From an uncultured candidate division Zixibacteria bacterium (GTDB lineage: Bacteria > Zixibacteria > MSB-5A5 > GN15 > FEB-12), in assembly GCA_963664195.1 (NCBI GenBank), contig OY760907.1, forward strand, positions 2,400,001-2,464,000: a stretch of DNA of 64,000 bases. Direction: 5' to 3'. The notes under the pieces were generated by a model. It made no database searches. It was not told the origin of the DNA and was given only the letters and a program-made list of their open reading frames with translations. Of the stretch, positions 19,672-30,062 are shown in pieces. Made by a program: the position numbers and the translations under genes. Positions within the stretch are counted from its first letter, which is position 1; each line of letters begins with the position of its first letter.

Positions 19672-20225
19672 TGCGAGTTGTTCCTTTTATCGGTAACGGT
19701 TTCTAGCTGATTATTACGATATCTATCGTTAACGCCATTGTTCAATTCTGTTTCGAGGGCGGTGTCAGCGATTGTCACCATGTCGCCGATCTCGCGAATG
19801 AATCCCTTCTGCTGGCCTACTACCATGTCCTGGAGGTTGGTCTGAGAAAGGAACATCTGAATGTGTCCGGCCAGCCCCGCCAGAGTGTCATGGGCGGAAC
19901 AATGGTCAACGTGCACACACTTTTCGAGTTGCCCGGTGTATTTCTTGCAATGGTTGGGGTCGATCAAAGGACCTCCCAGAGATACCAACACTTCGTAGAG
20001 GCTGATGTCTCTCGGCGGCCGGGCGATCGTAAACCCGCCTGATCGTCCCCGCACCGCGTTCACCAGACCGGCCTTGCGAAGAATCGACAAGAGTTTGGAG
20101 ACATATGGGACTGAAAGCCCCTCCATTTCCGCGATTTCGGATATCGACAACTGCTCTCCGGCACCTCGTCCGGCGAGTGTCAGGAGACATCGAAGTCCGT
20201 ACTCTTCAACTGCCGTTATTCTCAT
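19668..20225 (-). CDS. Rrf2-family transcriptional regulator (IscR/SufR-like)
   Basis: YGLRCL...LRKAGLVNAVRGRSGGF wHTH and three C-terminal Cys. It heads the suf operon. Confidence 0.9.
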   Translation of the reverse strand: MRITAVEEYGLRCLLTLAGRGAGEQLSISEIAEMEGLSVPYVSKLLSILRKAGLVNAVRGRSGGFTIARPPRDISLYEVLVSLGGPLIDPNHCKKYTGQLEKCVHVDHCSAHDTLAGLAGHIQMFLSQTNLQDMVVGQQKGFIREIGDMVTIADTALETELNNGVNDRYRNNQLETVTDKRNNSQ

Positions 20226-20573
20226 CGCACCAAATCCCTGTCCAAATACTGTCTTGTTGCGGCCGTCGATTCACAAGAACGTCCACAAATGGCTGACCAT
20301 ATTACAAAATCATTACTATCTTGTAAACATTATTCTTACGGAAATAACGGCGTTTTGGCCAAATCGTTCCTTTTTTTCGACAAAATGGCTATTTTCGTTC
20401 CATTTTGGTCCGATTTGGAGCCTTGCGAGCTGTTTTAGCCCGTCGTTCTGCCGGCGATTGAGTTGGTCGAGTGCCCTGTTCGCACGCGGCACAAACTTTT
20501 CTTGACTGTGAGGATTAACTCCAGTATTATCAGTCAATTAGGTCGATTTTTGGCAGAGAGGACGGGTCTATTG

Positions 20574-21650
20574 ATGTATGGTGTGATACTGGCTGGCGGG
20601 AAGGGTGAACGATTCTGGCCACTCTCGCGTTTAGACAAGCCCAAGCAGTTCCTCAAGTTAACATCTGATAAGACAATGTTGGAGGAGACGATTCTCCGAA
20701 TCGAGCCTCTGGTTCCGCTGCCGCGGGTGCGGATCGTTGCCGGTGAGTCGATGACTGAGCATATCCTGTCAGGGGCAGATTATGTTAGACCGGAGATGAT
20801 CCTGACAGAGCCGAACGGCTGCAACACGTGTCTTGCTATCGGATTGGCGGCCGTACATCTGCAAAGGGAGGACCCCGGAGCGGTGATGGCTGTGCTGTCG
20901 GCAGATCATCTTGTTCGACCGGCAGAGAAGCTGCTCCGCATCATCCAGGACGGTGCCTCGATTGCTTCCAATGAAGATGCGTTGATAACAATCGGCATTG
21001 CGCCTACCCGGCCCGAGACCGGCTACGGATATATCAAACTGGGCGACGAGTTGTCCACTCACCATGAAAGCTCGGTTTTCCACGTGTCCGCATTCGCCGA
21101 AAAACCGAAAGCAGTCGTGGCACAGGAGTACTACTACAGCCGCAAGTATCTGTGGAATAGTGGTATGTTTATCTGGACCGCCGAGGCGTTTCTCACTGCG
21201 CTCTCCAAATACCAGCCGGAGATGTACGAGTTACTCAATGAATATGCCAGCCAGATCGGGACTCCCGGCGAGAAGGAATCCCGGACCGAACTGTACGAAA
21301 AGGCTGTCTCAATATCGGTGGATTACGCCGTGCTTGAACACGCAGATAACGTTCTGGCAATCAAGGCTGATATTATCTGGGACGATGTCGGTAGCTGGGG
21401 TGCCCTTGAGCGGTATAAAGAAATGGATAGCGAGCACAATGTGCTCATCGGCAACAACGTGATTCTGGATACGTTCGAGACTACTATCTACAACGACTCC
21501 GGGGGACTGATCGCCGCACTCGGCGTCTCTGATCTGGTGGTCGTGCGTTCTCATGGAGTTACGCTGGTTGCCCACAAAACGAAACTTGAGCAGATCAAAG
21601 ACCTGCTGAACTTATTGAAAGCAAATGAAGAGGACCACAAGTATCTGTAG
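20574..21650 (+). CDS. manC: Mannose-1-phosphate guanylyltransferase
   Basis: ILAGGKGERFWPLSR..PKQFL, PETGYGYI, WNSGMF, WDDVGSW. Start moved to ATG 20574. Confidence 0.92.
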   Translation: MYGVILAGGKGERFWPLSRLDKPKQFLKLTSDKTMLEETILRIEPLVPLPRVRIVAGESMTEHILSGADYVRPEMILTEPNGCNTCLAIGLAAVHLQREDPGAVMAVLSADHLVRPAEKLLRIIQDGASIASNEDALITIGIAPTRPETGYGYIKLGDELSTHHESSVFHVSAFAEKPKAVVAQEYYYSRKYLWNSGMFIWTAEAFLTALSKYQPEMYELLNEYASQIGTPGEKESRTELYEKAVSISVDYAVLEHADNVLAIKADIIWDDVGSWGALERYKEMDSEHNVLIGNNVILDTFETTIYNDSGGLIAALGVSDLVVVRSHGVTLVAHKTKLEQIKDLLNLLKANEEDHKYL

Positions 21651-22257
21651 ACTGTTACTAACCGCCGCGGCCTTGTTGATGCTAATCGGGTGTGGTGCTC
21701 CTTCACCCGGTGACGAAGGCACTGCCGATGGTCAGGCAGATGGCGCTCGTGACTCTCGCGGTTTCGACCCGCTTGAACTGCCGGCCGATCGTGAGGTTGT
21801 TCCGGACAAGTACCCGCGTTCAGGCAGCATATCAGGGAAGGGTGTGCTTGTTGATGCCACCCAGCCTGATACCACTGCCGACTCTACCTATGCGACACTA
21901 GAGAATTTCTCTGAACCGGTTGACAGTCTGAATAACCAGGCCTATCGCGTCCAGATTTTCACTACCAAGCTGTACCGTGAGGCACGCGAGGCGGCGAGAG
22001 TGGCCGAGGAAATATTCGACCAGCGCGTCTATGTCGATTACGAGGTGCCTTACTTCAAAGTCCGTGTTGCCAGTTTCAGCGACAGGGACAAGGCTGAGGA
22101 GTACCAGCAGAAAGCCAAGACCGCCGGGTACACCAGCGCGTGGGTGGTGACGGTAAACATCAATGTCAAGGAAACGGCGCCGCTCTACGACGATTACGGT
22201 ACGCCGATCATGATCGAGCCTGAGGATACGGTAATCAATGGCCCTGATGAAAACTGA
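21625..22257 (+). CDS. SPOR-domain lipoprotein
   Basis: Lipobox LIG-C; YRVQIF...YFKVRVASF...AWVV SPOR pattern. Confidence 0.8.
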   Translation: MKRTTSICRLLLTAAALLMLIGCGAPSPGDEGTADGQADGARDSRGFDPLELPADREVVPDKYPRSGSISGKGVLVDATQPDTTADSTYATLENFSEPVDSLNNQAYRVQIFTTKLYREAREAARVAEEIFDQRVYVDYEVPYFKVRVASFSDRDKAEEYQQKAKTAGYTSAWVVTVNINVKETAPLYDDYGTPIMIEPEDTVINGPDEN

Positions 22258-22885
22258 AGTCCGGTCTATTGACAAGGACAACCCGGCGATCCGCGAATTG
22301 ATGCATGCCGCAGACAACCTCATGTTTGGTCGTTTGGTCGTGGCTCCGACCGAGACGCAGTACGGTCTGTTAGTCCGCGCCGACAAACAGGTTACCATTG
22401 AGCGCCTGTATCGTGCCAAGGCACGCGACCTGAATCAGCCAACCTCGATTTTTGTCCAGAACCCCGAAGATATTGCTTCGTACGGTAAAGTGAACGACTT
22501 CGCACAGAAGCTGATCGATGCGTTTATGCCGGGGCCGCTGACACTCGTGCTTGAGGCAATCACCGATTGGCCTGCGCCGCGTGTGGTCGATGGCAAGATA
22601 GGGGTGCGCTGCTCCAGCACCGTCCTGATTCGGAAGATTCTTGAGATGCTGGACTTTCCGATCTCCAGCACCTCGGCAAACCTTTCGGGACGGAGGGACC
22701 GCTGCACGGTAGAAGAAATCAAGGCGGACCTTGGTGACAAAGTGGAATTGTACCTCGACGCCGGTCCACTGACGGGGGAGCCTTCGACCGTAGTTGATTG
22801 CAGTGATGAAACACCTCGCATTCTTCGTGTCGGTGCGATCAGTGCCAGAGAGATTGAGCGGATTGCAGGAAGCAATAATGACTGA
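22238..22885 (+). CDS. tsaC: L-threonylcarbamoyladenylate synthase (TsaC/YrdC)
   Basis: PTETQYGL, K.R...P, PGPLTLVL, STSANLSG, PSTVVD. The start may be ATG 22247. Confidence 0.9.
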   Translation: MALMKTEVRSIDKDNPAIRELMHAADNLMFGRLVVAPTETQYGLLVRADKQVTIERLYRAKARDLNQPTSIFVQNPEDIASYGKVNDFAQKLIDAFMPGPLTLVLEAITDWPAPRVVDGKIGVRCSSTVLIRKILEMLDFPISSTSANLSGRRDRCTVEEIKADLGDKVELYLDAGPLTGEPSTVVDCSDETPRILRVGAISAREIERIAGSNND

Positions 22886-23375
22886 CAATAATACGTATAA
22901 TATTCTTTTCGTCTGCACCGGCAATACCTGCCGATCTCCCATGGCCGAGTATGCGATGCAGTCCCTGCTGGACAAGGAGCGTCCGGGAAAGGCCAGAGTG
23001 CAATCTTGCGGCACGGGGGCAGCCGAGGGATATCCTGCCACACAGTACGGTCAGGAAGCGGGCAAAATGTGGGATCTGGACATGTCCGGTCATGCCTCGC
23101 AATTGATTTCACCGGAGCTCATTGACTGGGCCGATCTGGTTTTCTGCATGTCTTACGAACACCACCGTGAGGTGCTGAGACTATCGTCCGGTGCTGCAGA
23201 CAAGACATATCTGCTGAAGAAGTTCCCGGACAATGCACCGGTAGGGGAGAGTGTCGAAGATCCTATCGGGCAGGCCCTGCAGCGATACAACGAGACATTC
23301 CTGGAAATCGGCGAGTATCTTGGAAGGCACCTGCCGGAGATACTCAGGCGCGTGGATGAGAAACAGCATGCCTAA
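22878..23375 (+). CDS. Low-molecular-weight protein tyrosine/arginine phosphatase
   Basis: ILFVCTGNTCRSPMAE and VEDPIG. Start at ATG 22878. Confidence 0.92.
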   Translation: MTDNNTYNILFVCTGNTCRSPMAEYAMQSLLDKERPGKARVQSCGTGAAEGYPATQYGQEAGKMWDLDMSGHASQLISPELIDWADLVFCMSYEHHREVLRLSSGAADKTYLLKKFPDNAPVGESVEDPIGQALQRYNETFLEIGEYLGRHLPEILRRVDEKQHA

Positions 23376-24207
23376 GAGGACGTTCGTACAAAGGTTCTTC
23401 GTCTCGCTGCTGATCGTTATCGGGCTGTTTCCTGTCGGCTACTTCTTTTCGGTCGAGATGGGCATCGCACAGGCTTCTACCGAAATCGATTCAACTCAAC
23501 TGGTCTTGCCGGGCTATGATCGCTATGTCGAGAACTCTGCTTTCGGTGTCGGGGAGAAACTCTCTTTCGATATTAAGTACGGTTTTATAACCGCTGGCAC
23601 GGCGACGATGGAAGTCCCCCGTGTGATCGAATTCGAAGACCGTCCCTGCTATCAGATAGTGACCCGTGCCCTCTCAAACAGCTTTTTTTCGAGCTTCTAC
23701 AAAGTGGATGACCAGGTCGAATCCATTATGGATGCAACCGGCATGTACTCGTGGCGGTTTGAGAAAAACCTGCGTGAGGGGAAATATCGCTCCGATCGCA
23801 CGTATGCGTTTGATCAACGCAACAATGCAGTTGTCTACAAGGGTGACACAGTGCAAGTAGAACCTTACGTGCAGGACGCTCTCTCTACGCTGTACTATAT
23901 TCGCACTCAACCGCTTGAGGTTGGCAAATCGATCTGGGTGGAGAATTTTGTCGATGGCCGCAAGATGTCGGTCGAGGTCAAGGTCGTCAAGCGGGAGTCG
24001 GTGACGGTCGATGCCGGTACCTTTGACTGTCTCGTCGTGGAGCCGCTCACGCAATCGGTCGGTGTCTTCAAACATGAGGGGCGCCTGACCGTCTGGCTGA
24101 CTGATGACCGTCTCAGGATGCCAATACTCATGAAGTCAAAGATAGTGGTTGGTTCGGTGACCGCCGAGCTGACCGATTTCGAACTGGGCAGTCTCGAAGA
24201 GTTCTAG
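23368..24207 (+). CDS. DUF3108-like secreted/membrane-anchored protein
   Basis: GEKLSFDIKYGF..AG.A, DALSTLYYIR, V.AGTFDC, VWLTDDRLRMP. Start at ATG 23368. Confidence 0.75.
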   Translation: MPKRTFVQRFFVSLLIVIGLFPVGYFFSVEMGIAQASTEIDSTQLVLPGYDRYVENSAFGVGEKLSFDIKYGFITAGTATMEVPRVIEFEDRPCYQIVTRALSNSFFSSFYKVDDQVESIMDATGMYSWRFEKNLREGKYRSDRTYAFDQRNNAVVYKGDTVQVEPYVQDALSTLYYIRTQPLEVGKSIWVENFVDGRKMSVEVKVVKRESVTVDAGTFDCLVVEPLTQSVGVFKHEGRLTVWLTDDRLRMPILMKSKIVVGSVTAELTDFELGSLEEF

Positions 24208-24208
24208 C

Positions 24209-25189
24209 ATGGCAGACAAGGCAAGCAAACATCCGGTCGCTGACCTGTCAGAAGTGACTCGTGTTCCCATCGCTAAGCGCGCCAACAAGACAAACATTGG
24301 GGGTTTTGGCCGCCCGGTTGAATCAACCGCTGACGCTGCAGAATTCCTTGGTTCGCTGCCCGAATTTCTCAAAGCTGCCGATCTCAGAGAATTCATCGAG
24401 CGCGTGGTTGCAGCCCGCAGGGCCGACAGACCGTTTCATCTCATGCTCGGCGCTCACACGATCAAAGTCGGTCTATCGCCTGTCATCATAGACCTGATGC
24501 AGCGGGGGCTCGTGACCGGTCTGTCGTTTAACGGGGCAGGGCTGATTCACGATCTCGAGTTGGCGTTTTTCGGCGGCACCTCCGAGGACGTGCAAAAGGG
24601 GCTTGCCGACGGTACTTTCGGTATGGTCAAAGAGACCGGAGACCTGTACGGCGAGGTCACGCGACTTGCGACGAATCACGGTCTTGGTCTCGGCGAGGCC
24701 GGAGGCCGATTCATGCAGGAGCAGGAGGCGCCGAACCGCCACCTGTCGGTTTTCGCCATGGCGTACGAGCTGGGACTGCCGGCCACTCTCCACGTGGGCA
24801 TCGGCACTGACATAGTCTGTCAGCATCCCACTTTTGATGCCGCGGCCGTTGGGAGAGCCTCGCATGTTGATTTCCGCATTCTGGCCCAAATCTGCGCAGA
24901 CCTTGACACCGGCGGTGTCTTGGCCAATATTGGCTCGGCGGTGATCCTTCCGGAAGTATTCCTGAAGGCGCTCACGGTCGCCCGCAATCTGAACAAGACA
25001 GAGGGCAATCTGACAACCGCCAATTTTGATATGATTGAACATTATCGTCCCCGGGTGAATGTCGTTACCAGGCCGACCTCGGGTGCGGGTAAAGGATACA
25101 GTTTTATCGGTCACCATGAGATCATGATCCCGTTGCTGGCGTGGGGTCTCAAGGACCGATTCCACAGGCAAGAACCAGACGGAGAATAG
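24209..25189 (+). CDS. Conserved protein with deoxyhypusine-synthase-like fold
   Basis: GAHTIKVGLSPVIIDLM, NGAGLIHDLE, TSEDV...G.FG, GSAVILPEVFLKA, GHHEIMIP. Confidence 0.65.
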   Translation: MADKASKHPVADLSEVTRVPIAKRANKTNIGGFGRPVESTADAAEFLGSLPEFLKAADLREFIERVVAARRADRPFHLMLGAHTIKVGLSPVIIDLMQRGLVTGLSFNGAGLIHDLELAFFGGTSEDVQKGLADGTFGMVKETGDLYGEVTRLATNHGLGLGEAGGRFMQEQEAPNRHLSVFAMAYELGLPATLHVGIGTDIVCQHPTFDAAAVGRASHVDFRILAQICADLDTGGVLANIGSAVILPEVFLKALTVARNLNKTEGNLTTANFDMIEHYRPRVNVVTRPTSGAGKGYSFIGHHEIMIPLLAWGLKDRFHRQEPDGE

Positions 25190-25192
25190 ATC

Positions 25193-26716
25193 ATGGCGAA
25201 GATTGTTGAGTGTGTACCGAACTTTTCCGAGGGGCGTCGCCCCGAAGTCATCAAAGCTATTTGCGATGCTATCGCTTCTCAGGACGGCGTAACGATTCTC
25301 GATCAGGAGATGGACGGCGATCACAATCGCGCCGTGGTGACGTTTGTTTGCGACGCTTCGTTGGCGGTCGACGCCGCTTTCCGTGGCATTAAAAAGGCCG
25401 GCGAGTTGATCGACATGTCCAAGCATACCGGAGGTCATCCGCGCATGGGTGCCTGCGATGTCTGTCCGTTCATTCCGCTCGGCGATATGACGGTCGAAGA
25501 CGCCGTGGAACTGGCTCACAAACTTGGCAAGCGCGTTGGCGAAGAACTGGGCGTGCCGGTCTTCCTGTACGAAGATGCTGCAACCACGCCGAAGCGCAAG
25601 AATCTCGCCAATGTGCGCAAGGGGCAGTACGAGGGGATGATCGAGGCACTCGAAAAGGACCCGTCGCGCAAGCCCGACTACGGCCCGGCCAAAATGAATC
25701 TCAAGGCTGGCGCGACTGCGGTGGGCGTCCGTTTCCCGCTGGTGGCCTACAACGTGTACCTCGGCTCGAATGATCTGGTCGTGGCGCAGAAGATTGCCGA
25801 TGCAGTGCGCTCTATTAAAGGTGGCTATCGGTTTGTAAAAGCGATGGGGCTGGAAATTTCCGAGCGCAACCAGGTCCAGATTTCCATGAACCTCGTCAAC
25901 TATGTCAAGACGCCTATCTTCCGTGTTTTTGAAACGATCAAGAGTGAGGCCGCTCGCTACGGCATCAACGTCACTTCCTCAGAAGTTGTCGGACTGTTGC
26001 CCAATCAGGCGGTTCTCGATGTTGCCGATTTTTATCTGCGGCTCGAAAGTTTCTCCAAGGAGCAGGTGCTCGAAGAGAAACTGGCAGCCATGGGAACCGG
26101 CGGCGGTTCCGGCGAGACGTTTAATGATGAAGTGGCGTCGTCTTCTCCGGCTCCGGGCGGCGGTTCGGTTGCCGCGGCAGCCGGTGCACTCTCTGCGGCG
26201 CTGGCCTCGATGGTCTGTCGTCTCAGCATTGGTAAAAAAGCCTATGCCAAGGTCAAAGACGAACTCACCGAGGTGCGAGATAAGGGAGATGCGCTCCGTG
26301 CCGATCTTGAGACACTGGTCAAAACCGACATGGAAGCCTTCAACAAGGTAATGGAAGCGTTCAAGCTTCCGAAAGGCTCCGACGAGCAAATCGAGGTCCG
26401 CGATGCCACAGTTGAGGAAGCCAACAAGGGTGCGGCTCAGGTCCCGCTTGAGGTCATGAAGAAATCACTCGAGTGTCTGGCACTGGCAAAGATCGTTGCC
26501 GAGAAGGGCAACAAGAACTCCATCACTGACTCCGGCGTGGCGGGTCTGATGGGACAGGCCGCGGTGGAGGGTGCCGGCTACAATGTGCGTATCAATCTGG
26601 CCGGTATCAATGACAAGGATTTCGTCAAGAAACTGACCAACGAGGCTGCAGCTATCCGCAAGGATGCTGAAACCGTTGCCGCTGAGATCAAGCAGCTGGT
26701 GGAGGCGAAACTCTAG
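25193..26716 (+). CDS. ftcD: Bifunctional glutamate formiminotransferase / formiminotetrahydrofolate cyclodeaminase
   Basis: VECVPNFSEGR, DHNRAV, HPRMGACDVCPF, and C-terminal SSPAPGGGS...YNVRINL. Confidence 0.95.
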   Translation: MAKIVECVPNFSEGRRPEVIKAICDAIASQDGVTILDQEMDGDHNRAVVTFVCDASLAVDAAFRGIKKAGELIDMSKHTGGHPRMGACDVCPFIPLGDMTVEDAVELAHKLGKRVGEELGVPVFLYEDAATTPKRKNLANVRKGQYEGMIEALEKDPSRKPDYGPAKMNLKAGATAVGVRFPLVAYNVYLGSNDLVVAQKIADAVRSIKGGYRFVKAMGLEISERNQVQISMNLVNYVKTPIFRVFETIKSEAARYGINVTSSEVVGLLPNQAVLDVADFYLRLESFSKEQVLEEKLAAMGTGGGSGETFNDEVASSSPAPGGGSVAAAAGALSAALASMVCRLSIGKKAYAKVKDELTEVRDKGDALRADLETLVKTDMEAFNKVMEAFKLPKGSDEQIEVRDATVEEANKGAAQVPLEVMKKSLECLALAKIVAEKGNKNSITDSGVAGLMGQAAVEGAGYNVRINLAGINDKDFVKKLTNEAAAIRKDAETVAAEIKQLVEAKL

Positions 26717-26719
26717 CGC

Positions 26720-27556
26720 ATGGCAGGACAAGTTGACCTGCACATGCATACTACCTGCTCTGATGGTGCGCTGTCCCCGGCGGAGATTCTGGAGGTCGTC
26801 CGCAAGAAAAAGCTGGCGGCCTTCGCTATTACGGACCACGACACAATCGACGGGTATCGCGAGGCAAAAAGGCTGCTCAATGACGATGATCCGGAGTTGA
26901 TCACCGGGGTGGAGCTGTCTGTGATTGTCGGCGACAACGACCTCCATATGCTGGCATACCTTTTTGATCCGGACGACGAGCAGTTCAATCGGGCGCTCAC
27001 CGAATTCCAAGAGAAAAGGAACTCGCGGAGCCGGGAGATTGTAGAACGGTTGAATCAGCAGGGCATGAATCTGTCTTACGAGGCAGTGGAGAGGGCCGCA
27101 ACCGGGTCGGCGATCGGCAGGCCGCATATTGCCTCGGCCATGGTGGAGCAGGGACTGGTCTCGAGGTTCGACGAGGCATTCAAGGAGTATATTGGTAATC
27201 ACTGTCCGGCATATGTGCCGAAAAGCAAGCTGAGTCCGGAACAGGCGATCAATCTTGTACATGATGCGGGCGGCATTGCGGTGCTGGCTCACCCGTTCAT
27301 AGCGGAGATGCACCTGCATATCGACATGCTGATTGGGCTTGGAATCGACGGGCTGGAGGTGTATCATTACTCGCACAAGCGGCACAACCGCCTGTTGCTG
27401 AAGAAAATGGCCGCCAGGCACGGTCTCGCTCGGACCGGAGGCTCTGATTTCCACGGGCGCCACGAGCATGAAAGTGAGATCGGGGCACAACAGGTTCCTG
27501 CCGATGTTATAGAGGAAATGAAACGAAAGGCACTCCACATACGAGGCACTGCGTGA
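26720..27556 (+). CDS. PHP-domain metallophosphoesterase (TrpH/YciV-like)
   Basis: DLHMHTTCSDG, ITDHD, GRPHIA, LAHP, GGSDFHG. Confidence 0.92.
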   Translation: MAGQVDLHMHTTCSDGALSPAEILEVVRKKKLAAFAITDHDTIDGYREAKRLLNDDDPELITGVELSVIVGDNDLHMLAYLFDPDDEQFNRALTEFQEKRNSRSREIVERLNQQGMNLSYEAVERAATGSAIGRPHIASAMVEQGLVSRFDEAFKEYIGNHCPAYVPKSKLSPEQAINLVHDAGGIAVLAHPFIAEMHLHIDMLIGLGIDGLEVYHYSHKRHNRLLLKKMAARHGLARTGGSDFHGRHEHESEIGAQQVPADVIEEMKRKALHIRGTA

Positions 27557-29535
27557 AAGCATTCGTACACGTTGCACTTATCCTGACCCTGCTGCTCGTA
27601 ATCGGCAATATTGCTGCCGGCGAACTGTCTGAGGAACGCCAGCGGGAGATTATCGAAAACTTCATGTACGTTACCGGCCAGTCTGCCGGTACGGGAACAG
27701 CGACCGCTGTTGATCACGACCACGACCACCCTGCGGGAGTGAAGTGCGGCACGCCGGCGATTCTGGAGTATTATCGCAATCACGACAAGCTCGACCGAAC
27801 GCTCCTCGAAGCTCTTGGAGTTGAGGATGTAATCCGGCCCAATCTCGGGTTGGCCTATGATACTCCGGGTGGAAATATCAAACTGCACTACGATGTTACC
27901 GGTTCCAAGGCCGTGTATGAAGCTACGGTTGACAATAACAGCAACGGTGTGCCGGATTATGTCGAGACGGTTGGTGTGATCGCCGATTCGGCCTGGAATT
28001 ACATTTTCGTCACATCGGGCTACAAACTGCCCGTGTCCGATACGGTGGCTGAAAACGACGGCGGTGACGGTCGTGTCGATGTCTACCTTGAAGGCCTTCC
28101 AAGTCAATACTACGGTCTTACCTATCCGGCCGTCGAGACAAGTCCGACTCAGGCGTTCCCGGCCTTCGTTGTGATCGACAACGACTATGCTCATCTGGAG
28201 GGATACCAGGGTCGGCCGCTCGATGCAGTCCGCGTGACCCTTGCCCATGAGTTGTTCCACACCTCGCATTTCGCCATGGATTACACGGAGGGGATTGACT
28301 GGATCGAGATGAGCGCGGTCTGGATGGAAGAACAACAATACGACGACATCAACGACTACTATAATTATGGCCAGTACTTCTACAATCTGCCGGGACGCTC
28401 TCTGCAAAGCACTACGCTGCTGCACAATTACGCTGCGGCTGTTTGGCCGATATACCTGTCGGAGAAGTACGATCCCGGTGTCATCAAAGCGATCTGGGAA
28501 CGAGCGGCGATCAACCCGTATCCAACGTATCTGCTTTCTACCGATCAGGTGATTGACTCGGTAAGCGATGGAGCTGCCAATTTTCACACGGCCTTCAACG
28601 AGTTTGCCGTCTGGAATTTCTTCACCGGCCCGTACGCGCACCAGGCACCAGGAGGTGTTGGTTATTCTGAGGGCGCGAACTATGAGTCGTTCCCGTACGA
28701 AACGATGGATGTGCACCGGGACTACCCGTTTAGCTCTGCGCTGAATGAGGAGAATCCTTTCTGGCCGGAATACAACGCTACATCGTACGTCAGGTTTGAG
28801 AATCTGGAGTCTCTGGCCAATGACACCAGTCTCTCTCTCTCTCTGTTGCTCGGTCCCAATTCCCTTTACTATGGGGATTGGTGGGGGATTTCAGCTATCT
28901 ACCAGTCTCAGAGTGATCCTGATTCGCATACTGTCGTCTCTTATAACCCGATACGGATATCTGACAGTTATCAGTTCATTCTGATAGATGACCTAATGCC
29001 GGATTTTATACTGGTGGATTCTATCTACACCGATGAGTATCAGTCAGTGACTTTTGTGATGACCGCATCGACGACCGCGCCCGGCCTGTACAGTCCCGAC
29101 CATCTGGCCGCGTTTGCCTTCCGAAGCGCCGACACCAGTTTTGTGGATCCGGACATGGTGAATATCCCGTCGGGACTCCTGGAGCCGTACCCAAATCCTG
29201 CCGTGGTGGGAGAAATGGATGGTATGGACCTGACCTTCAGATTCCAGTTGGCCACCGATAGCACCGGTTTCCCGGTGCTCGAAAACGCCTATCTTCTCGT
29301 CGATCTCTTCACGATTGCGGGTGAACGCATTAATACCATTGAGGGCAGATTCGTTGGCGAGGACCGAACAGGAATTCACCGCAAAGGCGTCTATGAGGTT
29401 GGCTGGAATATGAAAAACGAATCAGGCAAAGACGTTGCGTCGGGTGCGTACCTGGGCTGGGCGCGTCTGTTTGAGAACTCTCAAAAGAAGAACCTGCTGG
29501 CTGAAGATCGTGTAAAGGTCGCCGTTATCAGATGA
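27553..29535 (+). CDS. Secreted zinc metalloprotease (MXAN_6640-like) with C-terminal FlgD-Ig/T9SS-CTD-like domain
   Basis: Signal peptide, KCGT, NGVPDYV, VTLAHELFH...E.SAVWME, and tail YPNP...FTIAGERI...WNMKNESGKDVASGAY. Confidence 0.78.
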   Translation: MKAFVHVALILTLLLVIGNIAAGELSEERQREIIENFMYVTGQSAGTGTATAVDHDHDHPAGVKCGTPAILEYYRNHDKLDRTLLEALGVEDVIRPNLGLAYDTPGGNIKLHYDVTGSKAVYEATVDNNSNGVPDYVETVGVIADSAWNYIFVTSGYKLPVSDTVAENDGGDGRVDVYLEGLPSQYYGLTYPAVETSPTQAFPAFVVIDNDYAHLEGYQGRPLDAVRVTLAHELFHTSHFAMDYTEGIDWIEMSAVWMEEQQYDDINDYYNYGQYFYNLPGRSLQSTTLLHNYAAAVWPIYLSEKYDPGVIKAIWERAAINPYPTYLLSTDQVIDSVSDGAANFHTAFNEFAVWNFFTGPYAHQAPGGVGYSEGANYESFPYETMDVHRDYPFSSALNEENPFWPEYNATSYVRFENLESLANDTSLSLSLLLGPNSLYYGDWWGISAIYQSQSDPDSHTVVSYNPIRISDSYQFILIDDLMPDFILVDSIYTDEYQSVTFVMTASTTAPGLYSPDHLAAFAFRSADTSFVDPDMVNIPSGLLEPYPNPAVVGEMDGMDLTFRFQLATDSTGFPVLENAYLLVDLFTIAGERINTIEGRFVGEDRTGIHRKGVYEVGWNMKNESGKDVASGAYLGWARLFENSQKKNLLAEDRVKVAVIR

Positions 29536-30062
29536 ACATCCGTCCGAGGCTCATTACCCGGATCGCCCTGTTTTCTGCTCTGATCTACGTTTTGTCGTGG
29601 GTTACTGCTTTTCTGCCGAACGTGAATCTTGCTTTTTTCATAGCCTTTTCCGCCGGTTTTCTGTGGGGCCTGTGGCCCGGATTAGCCGTTGGTGGCATCG
29701 GCATGTGGCTCTGGACCTCGTTCAACGCATTCGGCCCTGCCTCGCTGCCGGTGATGCTTGCCCAGGTGACCGGCATGGCGACCTGTGGCCTGATCGGTTA
29801 CGGTTTCAATCGTATGCGCCGTGAATCAACCGGCGGACTCTTGCACAAACTCTGGCTGGTACTCGCCGCATTTGTCTGCACGATTGCTTTTTATCTGCCG
29901 GTGACAGCGATCGATGCCTGGGTGTATCAACCGTTCTGGCCGAGGTTCATTACCGGGTTGCCCTGGATCGGCGTATCGTTGGTCGCCAACGCCATCGTTT
30001 TTGTTGTGCTGTTTGGTGTGACGCTGCACCTTCAGAGCAGAGAACTCGGAGCAAGAACGTGA
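29532..30062 (+). CDS. ECF transporter S-component-like membrane protein
   Basis: About 175 aa with 5-6 TMs. RIALFSAL...LPNV...GFLWG...G resembles CbrT-type S components. Confidence 0.65.
   Translation: MNIRPRLITRIALFSALIYVLSWVTAFLPNVNLAFFIAFSAGFLWGLWPGLAVGGIGMWLWTSFNAFGPASLPVMLAQVTGMATCGLIGYGFNRMRRESTGGLLHKLWLVLAAFVCTIAFYLPVTAIDAWVYQPFWPRFITGLPWIGVSLVANAIVFVVLFGVTLHLQSRELGART

Noticed and set aside
26465..28716. Long minus-strand ORFs (370 aa and 449 aa) and many similar antisense ORFs across the window
   Set aside because: They lie opposite well-supported genes and have no motifs, as expected from codon bias in GC-rich DNA.
29400..30060. Cobalamin riboswitch expected before the S-component/TBDR pair
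   Set aside because: The genes overlap their upstream neighbours, so there is no intergenic space, and I saw no B12-box.
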